Shown: positions 42,586-57,629, counted from the stretch's first letter. The stretch is 64,000 nt of DNA from Eledone cirrhosa (GCA_964016885.1 OZ024741.1:160394001-160458000); one strand, 5' to 3'. The notes: generated from the letters alone by a model not told the origin. Translations and numbers: made by a program.

Positions 42586-44415
42586 CTAGGGTATATTAAG
42601 CCCAACCCTCTAGTCTTCTTTCTCTGGTCGATGATTTGCCGTAGCCCGCTGGTCATCACGATTGACTACTATAGTCAGGCCATTGCCGCGAGTGGTTAGT
42701 AAATCTAAATCTTCACCTTCATGCACACACTCTTTCCTCCTCTCCGTCTAATGAGAACACACGATGGTTACTTAGGGCTGCTACAACTAGTGGGTCAATG
42801 TGGACAGCCAAGCACAGATAGAATCCGTCTAATTTCTTAACCTCTACGCTCTGCATTTACAAATTCCACCATATCTAAATACATCACAAAAATACGCTTT
42901 TTCACATTTATAATTATATTTTCTGTGAAAAATATTATAATGCAATGATGTTTTTTTTTTGTTTATTTTGTTTTTTTGTTTTTTGCATTTCATTGCTAAA
43001 ATAAATAGTTTATTAAGAGGTTGTCTCCTTGTAGGTCCTTATCGCTTTCCCATTTCATTCACCAACATAGACGACACGCGACAACAAACACCACACAATT
43101 AACATCAGGCATGTTTTCTAAACCCTACTCATGCGAAACTTTTAAAAAATGTGCGTTATGCCACACCATACTACATCACATTGCAACACATCACAGAATT
43201 TGGCACATTAGATTCTTTTAGGTTACAGTAAATGAATTTACACACACAACAGAATATCAGATCTAGTCAGAAAATAGAATATAGCATCATACATCCTCCT
43301 ACGACACCATTGACATGTATTTATAAGAAGCAAGGCAAGCATTGCTTACCACCTAAACATTTTTTTTTTTTTACTTGAAATGTAGTCGTTCCAATGTAAA
43401 TAGCCATAAAATTAGTCGTTCATTATATATAATTGAGAAAACCACTTACACGCAAATGAACATAACAATAGTCGATTTTCTCAAGCGATCGATTATTGCT
43501 GCTGTCATTTGCGTTAGGACATTTCAAATTTCAAATAATTTTTCCCGTGCTTCTTACGTCAACTTTTGTTATTCTTTATATAATTATCTAAAGTTGTTTT
43601 TTTTTTGTTTTTTTTTCTTGGGGGGGGGGGGGGGGCTCGGCTTTCTTTACTCGTAGACGACTAGACTCATTATTAGTTATTTAATAATGATATTTTAGAA
43701 TAATAATAGTAGAACCGTAGAAATTATATTAGTATAAGCATTTTTAGAATCTGGTAGATTTTGTTTTGAAAAAGATGATATCACTCTGAGAGGGTACTGT
43801 ATCTCAAATACGCAACATTCTATTTGCTTACCCTAATAATTGTTTCTACTTTTGGCACAAGGCCAGCAATTATCCAAGTGTATTACTGGTACTTTATTTT
43901 ATCGATCCCATAAGGATCTAATAATGTTTTCACGCAACGCCGCAACAGAACATAACACTTCATAATATATTATAGAACAGCAAAATACAGCACTATAACT
44001 TAGCAAATGTCTTTATATGCGTGTGTGTGTGTATGTTTATATATATATATATGTGTATGTGTGTGTGTGTATGTGTGTGTGTTTGCATATATATATATTA
44101 TATATATATATATATATTATATATATATATGTATATACATATATATTATATATATATTATATATATGTATTATATATATATTACATATATATTTCCTTCC
44201 CTCCTTCCTTCGTTTTCCCAATAACTTATCCAGTTATTGACGCCCTGGGGTGAAGTGGTATCTTGTCTTTAAAGCGTAGAAATATCCTAGACCCCCAGCA
44301 GACAACTGATGAGGAAAGCTCCCCCCACCCCTGTTCTTGCTTTCTTCGTATTCGCAGTGCATTTTAAGTTACCTTAAATAGCAACTACACAGCCATTTCT
44401 ATTCTCCATATATTT

Positions 44416-44485
<70 letters not shown>

Positions 44486-44548
44486 ATATATGATATATTA
44501 TTTATATAAATAGATATATATCTATACATATATATGTGATATATTATT

Positions 44549-44600
<52 letters not shown>

Positions 44601-45048
44601 AATGTAAGTATGTATGTATATGTACATACATATATGTATACAGACGTACAGTAGCATGTATATATATATATTTATATATACATACAGGCACACATATATA
44701 TATGTACGTATCAGTTTACCGAACATTTATTGTAATGTTCGCTTTGTTCGTGGTTGCCTGAACACTGTACGGCGTAAATAAGGCTGCCCGTTTGTTTACA
44801 AACGAACAAAGCGAACATTATAATAAATGTTCGGTAAACTGATACGTACATATATATATGTGTGCCTGTACTATATATATATATATATATATATACATGC
44901 TACTGTAAGTCTGTATACATATATGTATGTACGTATACATACATACTTACATTTAAGTAAGTGCCGTACTAAGAGTGAGAAATGAAATTTCGTTTCATTC
45001 TATTCCATTTATCGTTTTCGGTGCGCCTGGCCGACTGAACTCACTCGA

Positions 45049-45100
45049 TATGCAAATTAGGCTGCTCAGCCGTTAATTTTCATAAGGAAAGTATATACTT
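45049..45100 (+). promoter_or_regulatory. Candidate snRNA-type (U6-like) promoter cassette
   Basis: ATGCAAAT at 45050, AGGCTgctCAGCCG, TATATA at 45092. The box and TATA are retained at 16767-16802. Confidence 0.45.
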
Positions 45101-45132
45101 TCGAACGTTCAACCATCTGGCAGAAAGGTATA

Positions 45133-45173
45133 CGGTGCTGACGATAGCTAACAATCTTGAAACTAGTACATCA
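45133..45173 (+). ncRNA. Minimal hammerhead ribozyme
   Basis: CGGTG-CTGACGA-T-AGC taacaa TCT-T-GAAA-CTAG-TA-CATCA. Confidence 0.75.
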
Positions 45174-45687
45174 TTCCTGTGTCAGTGTTGAACAAAAAGG
45201 TGACGTGGTTGCCTGAACACCGTACGGCGTAAATAAGGCTGTCCGTTTGTTTACAAACGAACAAAGCGAACATTATAATAAATGTTCGGTAAACTGATAC
45301 GTACATATATATATGTGTGCCTGTATGTATATATATATATATATATATACATGCTACTGTACGTCTGTATACATATATGTATGTACGTATACATACATAC
45401 TTACATTTAAGTAAGTGCCGTATTAAGAGTGAGAAATGAAATTTCGTTTCATTCTATTCCATTTATATATATATATATATATATGATATATTATGTATAT
45501 GTGTGCGTGTATATGTAAATATATATCTCGTCTCATCTCTAGCTACACTACATTTAAAGTTAAATATTGTAACAATAGATAGATATTACAAGCAAGAGAG
45601 AGAAAGGTTTAACTACAATAGATGACGGCTCTACCTAAGTAAAACCGCTAGGGAAATCAATGTTTCTTATTGGGATAATAATAATAG

Positions 45688-45734
<47 letters not shown>

Positions 45735-46612
45735 GCAACAACGATGGTAATAAACTCTCAGAGCTTCGGATCTCGAACTAAGGGACTTGCTGATAGCAAT
45801 TGGGGAAGGTTTTGTTTCTTAGCCTAGTTGTTGAACAATGGCTAGTGATGGCAGCCATTGTGTAGTAGTAGTAGTAGTAGTAGTAGTTGTTGTTGTTGTT
45901 GTTGTGGTATTAATTCTTGCTGCTTCATTAGTATATATATATATGTATAAATATATACATGGGTGTGCATATTTGTGTGTATATATGTGTGTGTGTGTGT
46001 GTGCGCGCGCGCTTTTGTGTGTGTGTATGAGCATGTAAAGGTCTTATTTGTCCATCATTTCCTCGTAGATCGATTAAAATGGACCCAAATTTCGTTTGTT
46101 GTTGGAAACACCTACAGAAACTATGAAATACTTGACTAAGATCTTATAATGCCTTTAGTTGTACTTTTTTAAAGGTTATGAGTGATATAAACAATTTCTG
46201 AATATGGTTAAACCAAGAAGTGACACACGAATCAATCTGTTCCGCATTTTTGATCCACACTGTAAAATCTGATGTTGTCATTATTGGAGTTTTACACAAA
46301 AAATTTCTGTTTTTATTATATTCGTAATTAACGTGCGAAAAATAGGGCTATTATCTACTCAAGTGTATTGGGTGTTGGTAGAAGAGATTTATAACGATTA
46401 GCACTAAAACACGAGACAGAATAACTTTTCTGTAAATGCATGGCCGTGGCTTTATAACTCTCCCAATAATGCATTTGAACAATTATTTAAGGTTATCAGA
46501 ACCATGTATCTTTTGTCGGGAATAATGGAGTATAGCCACGTGAAAAATATATATAATAATGTAACTTTTGGCTCATCAAAAGGACATTCACTTTTTTCTA
46601 AAAAGAAATTAT

Positions 46613-46817
46613 GATAATAAGGATTTCTACTATAGGCACAAGGCCAGCAATTTTGGGTAAGGGAAAAGTCGATTAAATCGACCCCAGTGTATTACTAGTA
46701 CTTTATTTTATCGGCCCCGTAAGGTTGAAACACAAAGCTAACCTCGGCGGGATTTGAACGCATAACGTAGAGAGCCGAAAATCTATGCTGCGAAGCATGC
46801 TGTCCGACGCTCTACCG
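46613..46817 (-). mobile_element. tRNA-derived SINE
   Basis: Reverse complement of the SINE from cggtagagcgtcggacagc to the tail. Confidence 0.82.
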
Positions 46818-47315
46818 AAATAAAAAAGCTTGCACCCTGATATGAAAATCTCCAAATTCAATCCAGAAATCATTGAATTCGACTATTAAAAACTTTCAGT
46901 TACGCGGTTCTTGGAAATAAAGATGCACTCAATAACATTATTTGAAAACAAGAGTATTTACACTTATAAGCAAATAGAAAAATATTATTAAACGGAAAAA
47001 TAAATGATTGCATCTGTAGTCTTTACTAAATATGGTGAATGATTTATAAACTTTCGCCGGAGAAGATTATTTGAGAATAGCATCTTCAATTTATTTATTG
47101 CAATAAATAAATAAATAAAAACAAGCAATACAAAAACCATATGTCAGTTTCATCATTAAATACTACACCAATCACAAAATATACAGCAATATTCATTTTC
47201 CTGGATAGAAAAATGATTATTATGTAGCTTAGTTAAAAATTTATAAGCTCAAACATTTCGTTTTCTGTAGTAAAAAACTAAATACATCTACCCTTATACA
47301 CAAACACGCACACAC

Positions 47316-47390
<75 letters not shown>

Positions 47391-47455
47391 GGCCCCGTGT
47401 TCAATCGGGTGTAACACAGTATGTAAAGTACTCAATACATAGTGGACTATATACA

Positions 47456-47586
47456 AGATTTAATATAGAAAAGGCTTCTACAGGACTAAAACTGTTTCAT
47501 TCGAAGAAACTCATCAGGAGAGCCTGAAGATTTCCTTCGAATGAAACAGTTCTAGTCCTGTAGAAGCCTTTTCTATATTAAATCTT
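47456..47586. repeat. Palindrome with ~63-bp arms, each carrying a degenerate HHR core
   Basis: Plus strand CTGAAGA-T-TTC cttc GAA-T-GAAAC (47524-47547); minus strand CTGATGA-GTTTCTTCGAAT-GAAAC. Confidence 0.88.
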
Positions 47587-47812
47587 ATATATATCGGCAG
47601 TCGATCGACGTTCGTCAAATCGGACCGAGGAGACAATGTTTCCATTGTTCTTTCCAATTGGTAATACTATCTATCGGTCGCAACTCCAAGTAGATGGAAC
47701 TACGGGAAATAAAGTGTCTTGCTCAAGAAAATAACGCATCATCCGGTCCAGGAATCGAACTCACACCCTCACGATTGCGAATCTCTAACAGCTCAGTAAC
47801 GGGCCTTCACCT

Positions 47813-47886
<74 letters not shown>

Positions 47887-48043
47887 GTCTCTCTCTCTCT
47901 CATATACATATGTATACATATATATATATGTATATATATATGTATATATATATATATATATATGTGTGTGTATTATTTTAAATAGAAATGACTGCTACAG
48001 GACCAGAGTTGTTTCATTTGTATAAAAACATCAGTAGTGTCAC

Positions 48044-48095
<52 letters not shown>

Positions 48096-48267
48096 ACATA
48101 TGTATATGAGAGTGAGACTATGTATATACCAAGCAGATAGATAGATAGATAGAAAAGTGTAAAGGGAACAGCAATTAAAGACGGAAATATTAAAAATTCA
48201 TTGGAAGAAAATATATTCATTGTAAGGAACATTAAAGTAAATCATTAGAAAACAAAGAAATAACATT

Positions 48268-48306
<39 letters not shown>

Positions 48307-48461
48307 TGTGTGTGTGTATACATACATATATACATATATATACATACATTACATGCATACACACACACACCACACAGATACACACATATATATATATTCA
48401 CATATATATATATATTTACTCGTTTATATTTATATATATATGTATATATATATATATATAA

Positions 48462-48521
<60 letters not shown>

Positions 48522-48929
48522 CTGTGTCTGTGTGTATGTATGTGTATACACACAGCATATATGAACATACATATATATATTTCCCACCAGCTACGTCTCC
48601 TACATTTCCACACCAATATCCCTACCACTACTACCACCTCTTCCACTTATTCCCTTTATATTCACTATCCTCCCCCATTACACACACTACACCACAACCC
48701 CTCACCTACCAGCCAGAAAATATCGTAATTGATCTCAACGAACTTAGTTTACAAAGAGTTATCTGTTTGATTGTCTTGTCTGTACTTGAACGTGAATACT
48801 TGAATGTTTTATTAAAACACTTCATATGACAACACCGCCAATATCACTGCACATCCGCCATTTTGTGTCTTGGAAGATTCTTCGTTGTATTTTTATTGTT
48901 GATCTTGTTGTTGTTGTTGTTGTCGCTGT

Positions 48930-48997
48930 TGTTGTTGACGTTGTATGTTCTTGTAGTAATTGTTGTACTGTTTGTTGTACATTTTGTTGTTGCAGAT

Positions 48998-49038
<41 letters not shown>

Positions 49039-49308
49039 TGTTGTTGTTGACGTATGTTCTTGTCGTAATTGTTGTACTGTTTTGTTGTATATTTTCTTGT
49101 TACAGTAGCAGTAGTAGTAGTAGTAGTATTAGTAGTAGTAGTAGTAGTTGTTGTTGTTGACGTTGTATGTTCTTGTCGTAATTGTTGTACTCTTTTGTTG
49201 TATATTTTTTTGTTACAGTAGTAGTAGTAGTAGTAGTTGTTGTTGTTGTTGTTGTTGTATGTTCTTGTCGTAATTGTTGTACTGTTTTGTTGTATATTTT
49301 GTTGTTAC

Positions 49309-49345
<37 letters not shown>
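48930..49345. repeat. Four ~110-bp tandem units with (GTA)n/(GTT)n
   Basis: gtatgttcttgtcgtaattgttgtactg..ttgttgtatattt..gttacagtagtag repeated. Confidence 0.85.
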
Positions 49346-49347
<2 letters not shown>

Positions 49348-50307
49348 TATTGTTGTTGTTGTAGCTGCTGGGACTGCTGGTGATGCTGTTGTTACTGTTG
49401 TTGCTCCTATTCTTTTCTTTTTGTTGTTATTGTTGTTGAGGTTGATGATGGTGATGATGATGAGGATGTTGCTGTTTATATCCTCATCGTTGTTCTACTT
49501 ATTGTTGTAGTAATGTCCTTATTTGTTAGACTTGTTGTTGTCACAGTTATTCTTGTGGTTCTGAAGTTATCTTTGTTGCTGTTGTTGTTGCTGTTGTTGT
49601 TGTAGTTACTTCATTATCTGCTAGACTTCTTGTTGTTGTTGCTGTTGTTATTATTGTTGTTGTTAACATTTGTTCTTCCTATTGGTAATATCCTTATCAA
49701 TTCAGTAAGTTTGTGACAGAATCGATAAAGTACCGGAATGTATTAATTGCCCTTTTGTTTCTCTACAGTCTATGTTCAAATCCCACCGAGGTCGATTGAA
49801 ACACAAACATGACTAGATCCAGTGAAGTGACTGGGACCTTTGATGAGGTGTGTGGCGGCGGCACAGCGTGGAAAAAACAAAGCCACATTTCGAAACCACA
49901 CAAATGTCTGCGACTTTTCAACTGTACTTTGCCGAATTCTTTTGCAAGGGGCAACGGACAGATGATGGTGGATTTTGAGATCTTCATAGAGGCTCTAACG
50001 AGGCTCTTTCTTTCTTTTGTAATTCACCTTTGTATTGCCCCTAACGTCTTGGAGTAGGTGGTGGGTTGACAGAATATTTAGAGCGTCGGACAAGATGCCT
50101 TGCGATATTTGCTCTGGAATTTACGTTTGAATCCCACCGAGAATTACTTTGCGTTTCCTCCTTCCAAGGTCAATAAAATGGAATACCAGTCAAGTACTGC
50201 AATCGATGTAAACGGCTATACACTCCACCTTAAAGTGTCTGCCCTTATGTTTATGTTAGAGGCAATTTTTGTTGTGGCTGTTGTTATTGTTGTCTGTATA
50301 TTACAAT

Positions 50308-50450
50308 GAGGCATGTGGCTTAGTGGTTAGAGAGTTGGGTTCACAATCACGAGGTTGTGAATTTGGTTCCCGGAACGAGTGATGCGTTGTGTCTTTGAGT
50401 TAGACACTTTATTTCATGTTTATCCAGTTCACTCAACTATAGAAATGAGT
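50308..50450 (+). mobile_element. Second tRNA-derived SINE family (also 30388-30480 on + and 47697-47810 on -)
   Basis: tggcttagtggttagag...ggttcccgga..gcgttgtgtctttgag..agacactttatttc. Confidence 0.65.
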
Positions 50451-51081
50451 TGTATCAGTTTTTACTTTTCCCGAGGACAACATCGACGGCGTGGAGATGA
50501 GAAATTGGAATGCAAGGACAACTGCTGGTCTTCCATCAAAACACCTTGCTCGGTCTTGTGGAACTTTCTAGGAGCAAAACCGATGGTCATTCGAAACCAA
50601 AGCGAGTCTTTAAAATTCCCTGCAGTAAAAAAGATGAAAAAAATAATTAATGTGGTTGTTAATTTCACGCAACTTTGATCCCAGTAGGCTTCGGATCAAG
50701 AGAAATCCAGCCGTGACTACCAACAGAATTATATTTACTTTATGCACCATGAAGGCTTGAAAGATAAAATTGAACACGGCGGAATTTGAACTCACAGAGA
50801 ATAGAGAGCTGGAACAAACTGAAAGAACAAATTGAAAGAGCCTGAGAGCTTACCTATTACACTATAGCGCCCGCCCGCTTCACGCTATAAGTAATAACGG
50901 ATGTAGAAGTGATATGAATAATTGATGTACTTCATGATAGTTTCCTAAAGATGTACTGAGGAAAGAGATTGGGGCAGGATCGTGGGGTGAGCAGTGTTTC
51001 TTTTAAACTCTCATTTTTTTTTGTTGGTGTTGTTGTAGTTGTTGTTGTGGGATATTTATTTACAAAGTAAAATAAAATAAG

Positions 51082-51145
<64 letters not shown>

Positions 51146-51195
51146 CACATTAACAAACACACACTCCTATATATATATGTATATATGTATGTATG

Positions 51196-51243
<48 letters not shown>

Positions 51244-51317
51244 GTATATATATAATATGTATATATATATATATATATATAAATATAATATGTATATATA
51301 TAATATGTATATATATA

Positions 51318-51366
<49 letters not shown>

Positions 51367-51382
51367 GTATATATATAATATG

Positions 51383-51413
<31 letters not shown>

Positions 51414-51467
51414 GTATATATATATATACATCAATGTGAACTGCTATTTCTAATAGCCATCTTTTCA

Positions 51468-52279
51468 TCTATATATTAATTTCAACAATGTAAGAATTCC
51501 GTGTGTCATAATTCTCGATTATCATTGGTTCATAGGTTTCAAACGACTCCGCCCACCTCAACGACGCCAAACTTAGATTAATATGCATAATGCCAATGGG
51601 GGAGTGAGAGGGGAGAGTAAGAAACAGAGAGGCAAAGTGAACGCTGTAACTATTACCATGTGTGCGTGTGTATGTACGTGCGCGTATGTTTATGTGTGTG
51701 CGTGCAGCGTTCCACAGAAAGTAAAAGCAATTCGACTTTATCAAACAGTGAACTACAGCGGCGACGGCGTGCAGCCAGGAATGAAGAAAAATGGGCCGAA
51801 CAGCGCTATCGGAACGCCGAATTTCAGAGGCGAAGACGTGCCGCCATGAATGAAGAGGAGCTGGCTGAACAACGCCAACGAAACACTGGAGCCAAGCAGC
51901 GACGGCGTGCTGCGATGGTTGAAGACGAACTGGCTGAGCATCATCTTTTATAGTAATTATCTATATCTATATCTACATATAATATAAAAGATTGGAACTT
52001 CCATCATCCTTTTGAGAAACGTGGAACAACCACGTCTATGCAATGATACACGTTTTACAGTCAGGGAGAAGATGAACCATCTCCTAGAGATCACTATTCT
52101 AGGTGGGAGCACCTAGAATTGTTCATATACTATGCACAAACGGTACAACGAAGAATCTGGTATATCTGGAAGATTTTTTTACACCACGGACTTGCCTCAT
52201 ACTGTAACCAGACAAACATCCAATACAGTCATTTTCTCTTTTACCTGTTTACCCGGGCGAAGCTGGGTAGGTCAGCTAG
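51468..52279 (+). mobile_element. Helitron-derived remnant(s)
   Basis: 5' TCTATAT ends at 51468 and 51960; 23-aa STPR-like repeats (N..QRRRRAA.NEE..AEQR.R, 51745-51940); 3' hairpin cccgggcgaagctggg followed by CTAG|T. Confidence 0.65.
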
Positions 52280-52780
52280 TCTCTTAATAATTTGTGTGTG
52301 AGACACGTTGGCTGAGGTGTTTTGACGGGAACGAAAAGATTGATTCTTTTAGCTTCCCGCCGCCACGTAAAATTTGTAAATCGGTGGCTAGTTTAGAGAT
52401 AGAATCTTATCGGGTTCCAGTTGCTAGTCGCTTTACCGTGTCGGTCGTCACAAACAGTCATGGCCGGCATGGGCTGGTGTTCGGATTCTGTCGATCGATT
52501 GGTTATTGATTAGGCGATATCCGCTAATGAAGCCACATAAGCCGATTGTGCATTGTTGCATAATATATACAGACGGATGGTGCAGTGCACCTTACTGCTG
52601 CATTAGTGCGGCCGAGACTCGAGTCCGGGAACCTTTATAGGCACCCGTTTTACGTGTGTTGTTTTGAAGCAAATAACTATGTGTATACTCTGGGAATGTA
52701 TCTTACATTGCCCATGGAGTACGCTGAGATACAACTGGTACTGGCATTGATAAATATGCTGGGTCCGTCAACTCATTATT

Positions 52781-52966
52781 TTGGCAGTATCGGTAGAGGG
52801 TCGGACGCCATGCTTTGCAGCACAGAGTTACGGCTCCTTATGGCCTGAGTTCCAATCTCGCCGAGGTTAACTCTGCCTTGCATCCTTACGGGGTCGATAA
52901 AATAAAGTACCAGTAATACACTGGGATAATTGGTGGCCTTGTGCCAAAAAGTAGAAAAAATTATTA
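52781..52966 (+). mobile_element. tRNA-derived SINE
   Basis: Near-identical to 31388-31581. Confidence 0.85.
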
Positions 52967-53078
52967 TATATATATATATATATATATATCCGTGTGTAGG
53001 GAAGTATATTTGTGTATGTGTATGCATATATGTAAATATATATATATATATTTACATATATGCATACACAAGGCCACC

Positions 53079-53112
<34 letters not shown>

Positions 53113-53294
53113 GTGTGTGTGTGCGTGTGCGCGCGTGTGTGGGGGGGGGGGGGGGTACAATGTTTTGTGTCGCTAATTTTTTTACCATTTTAATCTTCAG
53201 CCTGAAAATTCAGTTACGCAACACCTCCATCTCCAGCCTGAAATATCCCACATGCTAATCAATACCTTGTTTTACTGATTACACAGACACACAT

Positions 53295-53331
<37 letters not shown>

Positions 53332-53472
53332 GTAAAAAATTGAACGGGAACAAAACAGAGAGGCAAACAAAGGTTTATTAGTTTCACGCTCTTGAGAGTG
53401 GGCTGGTGGTATATATATATATATATATACATATATATATACATATATATATATATACATATATATACATAC

Positions 53473-53518
<46 letters not shown>

Positions 53519-54194
53519 ATTTATATATACATAAACACACACATATATACATATATACATATATACATACATACACATATACATATATACATACACACGT
53601 ATGTATATACATTTTTATACAAACATATATACATACATACATATATACATATATAGATACATACATACGTATATACATATATACAAACATACATACATAC
53701 ATACATGGTGGCTGCCAACTCGTTTTCGAGTACGGCCACTACTTTATATCCATGTAGGAGAACTCCTACCAATGCGCTGAACGAGTGACATTTTAGTCCA
53801 GCCAGCAACTTGAAAACTCTGGTACAAACACTACACTTGTGACAATTATTGACACATAGAGCTGGGCCCATGGTACCATGTGACGACAAGTGCAGAGAGA
53901 TCTCCAGATATAAAGCAATGCCTGTGCCGTGAAGCTTTTATAGTGAGCAAAGGCACTGCACAAAGCCAGTCCCACTCTCTTAACCAAGATGATATTTACC
54001 AAAAAGAAGAACAAGTCAACATCATTGGATACCATCAGGGTTGCAGGTGTTATATCAGAGTTTTCCTTCTCCTAGAATTACAAACATACATACGTACATA
54101 CATACATATATACATACATACATATATACATACATACATATATACATAGATACCTACATATATACATATATACATACATACATACATCTGTGTC

Positions 54195-54227
<33 letters not shown>

Positions 54228-54729
54228 TGGCAACATGACCCTCCTAAAGTATAACAATATATATATATATACATATATATATATATCCGACCCACACCTC
54301 TCTTCCACAGTTTCTTCATGACTGTCTTTATCACATTTATTAACCTCTATCTATCTATCTGTCTCCCCCTCTCTCTCCCTCTCTCTCCCCCCCTCTCTCC
54401 ACCCTCACACACTTTCTCTTTCTCTCTTTCTCTCATTCTCTCTCTCTCTCTATCACACACATCCTTGCATGTTCTTTCTTACCCTCTTCTTTTTACCTTC
54501 TACATCCTTTCTCCACCTCCTACTCCCCTATCTTTATCTCACTATTCTCCCTTCCTCTCACCCTACCTCCCTCATCCCTCCCTCCCTCCTCCTCCTATTT
54601 CTGAACTACCCCCCACCCCTCTTCCTATTCCACTCCATTTGTTTATATATTCATTAGACTGTATTTCTGTCTTATTCGCTATTGTTCAGTATAGAGGACG
54701 ATTGGAATTATGGAATATATATATACATA

Positions 54730-55921
54730 TATAGTAATAATAATAAATTTGAAGACTAAAATCCAAAGAGGGCTCAATAAGGATAAATATATATCAAATA
54801 TATAAAAACCGTAGAGCAAATATTTATTAAAATAACAGATTAAAGTTTAAGCAAAGAATCGCTGCTTTCACCCTTAACGGGATCTTCTGAAACTAACAAA
54901 GTCAATCTGTGAACGCAGAAGTGAATATTTCAAAAAAAGTCGCAACCGGAAGAAGACAGGAAGACGATACTTTGGTTCGTGGAAAGGTTCCCTGGCAAAG
55001 AAGGGGACAAAACGAATAAAATACGTCATTAATAGGAGCGGTGAAAACCAATTACACGCAAAGACAGAACCATGTTTATGGTATAAAAGAGGTCGTAGAC
55101 TAATGTTCTCTTAGGTGGTTCATACAGAGGTTCTCTGGCAATGAACGAAAAAAAACGAAGATAATACGTCATATGTGGAGCGTGGAGAACAATTGCACGC
55201 AAAGACAAAACCACGTAAATGGTATAACTGAAGTCGTTGACTAAAATTCTAACTAGGAAACCGAATGATTCTTCGCTTCAGAGTTAAGAATAAAGTAAAT
55301 AAAATACAGAGGTAATTGAAATTAAATAAATACATACACGCATCCAAATACGTACATACACAAGCATACGCGAAAACACTCGCCATACGTATACAAAACC
55401 ACGCACATATACATGTGTGTGTGTGTGCGTGTATACAAATAAATAAGTAATTAAATAAACGTATATAAATAAATAAATACGTATATAACAGGCGCACACA
55501 CATACCTACATGTAAATACACAAATTTTCGGAGACGTACGTCAACCAAAACAGGAAGTACACATATACACACGCCCAACATACGTACGAACCCGCATACT
55601 CACACAGACGCAAAACTCCCGTATACACATAACCAAAAGCATATGTACCAGAATATATAAAAATATACACCATAACATATACAATCAAATATACGTACGA
55701 GAAAGTATACGTACCTTCACAAAACATACAGGTAATATATACTTACCTATGCAAATAAGTAATGGTATAAACATAACATATACTTAGCTACCACATAAAG
55801 ACGTAATATATCCACGTTTAGATCGTACTATCCGTTAGGGTATAATGTGGGGCTGTAATATAGGAAAGTTTTGTACAATTTATGTTTACAAGCCGAAATT
55901 GCCTCAGAATTTTTGTTTAAG
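54730..55921 (-). mobile_element. Second copy of the Naiad-type PLE 3' end: last codons and complete pLTR with HHR motif at 54844-54894
   Basis: High identity to 8607-9541; retains segments missing from the first copy's 3' pLTR. Confidence 0.92.
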
Positions 55922-56047
55922 GTTCAATTAATAAATCAAAGAATGAGTTTTACAATAGATTGGAAGCACTCAACTGTTATGGTTTTTCGGAGTTATTAAT
56001 ATTAATTCAAAATATTAACAAAAATAGACATTCGGGTGATCAAGTAT

Positions 56048-56112
56048 ATTTTATTATACATATTTCAGAGGCACTGAGCTATCTCCAACAGTACGTCCTC
56101 ATCAGATAAAAT
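56048..56112 (-). ncRNA. Hammerhead ribozyme
   Basis: ATTTTAT-CTGATGA-G..gtactg/cagtgc..T-GAAA-T ATGT A-TA-ATAAAAT; perfect 7-bp stem I. Confidence 0.78.
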
Positions 56113-56399
56113 AAGATGATGCATGACATACCCTGACATAGTAGATGGTTAAGATTCAGTCATGACTCATTCATATAGTTGGTCGAATTTGCTTGCACAC
56201 CGCCAAAGATTCGATTTTAGTAAGCATCTAATTATATATATATATATATGAAAGAAAACATAGGGATGCAAAAATACAAAGTCATATTAGGTTCACGCTT
56301 GGAGAAAGTGAAAGATATATATATACACACAAACACACATATCTATACATACATACAAATATGTGTGTGTGTGAGAGTGGGTGTGGATGTGTTTATATC

Positions 56400-57218
<819 letters not shown>

Positions 57219-57223
<5 letters not shown>

Positions 57224-57629
57224 TTAATAAAAGGAATTCCAACTTTGTCTGATTTATACTCGTTTTATTTACAATCCTTTAAAATTTATAATGGTATTAG
57301 AATGAAATAGTATGGTAGAATATTAAATGTTAAGTGTTAATAAATGTTAAGTGTTAATTGAACAAGTACTTTCATGCTTTCGCAATCTTCAGGTTCCTAT
57401 TGTGTGGTGACAGTCAAGTTTGCAATTTTCAACAGTTGAAAATTGCAAACTTTACTGTCACCACAGAATATGAACCTGAAGATTGCGAAAGCATGAAAGT
57501 ACTTGTTCAATTAACACATAACATTTAATATTCTACCATGCTATTTCATTCTAATACCATTATAAATTTTAAAGGATTGTAAATAAAACAAGTAAATCAG
57601 ACAAAGTTGGAATTCCTTTTATTAATATA
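57219..57629. repeat. Palindrome with ~200-bp arms, 1-nt centre at 57434
   Basis: tatattaataaaaggaattccaactttgtc...gcaattttcaac-a-gttgaaaattgc...gacaaagttggaattccttttattaatata. Confidence 0.96.
57471..57509 (+). ncRNA. Minimal hammerhead ribozyme (mirror copy 57360-57396 on the minus strand)
   Basis: TGAAC-CTGAAGA-T-TGC gaaa GCA-T-GAAA-GTAC-TT-GTTCA. Confidence 0.83.

Larger units (their letters stand above)
44599..45465 (+). mobile_element. Non-coding HHR element: inverted partial (44599-44751), partial unit (44751-45012) and full ~453-nt unit (45013-45465)
   Basis: 44751-45012 is a direct repeat of 45206-45465, and 44599-44751 is the reverse complement of 44802-44956. No ORF; flanked by (TA)n. 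Confidence 0.9.

Noticed and set aside
53705-54060. Host C2H2 zinc-finger exon (CSVCTRVF..LAGLKCH)
   Set aside because: Single degenerate finger in broken frames; more likely a decayed RTE LINE 3' end.
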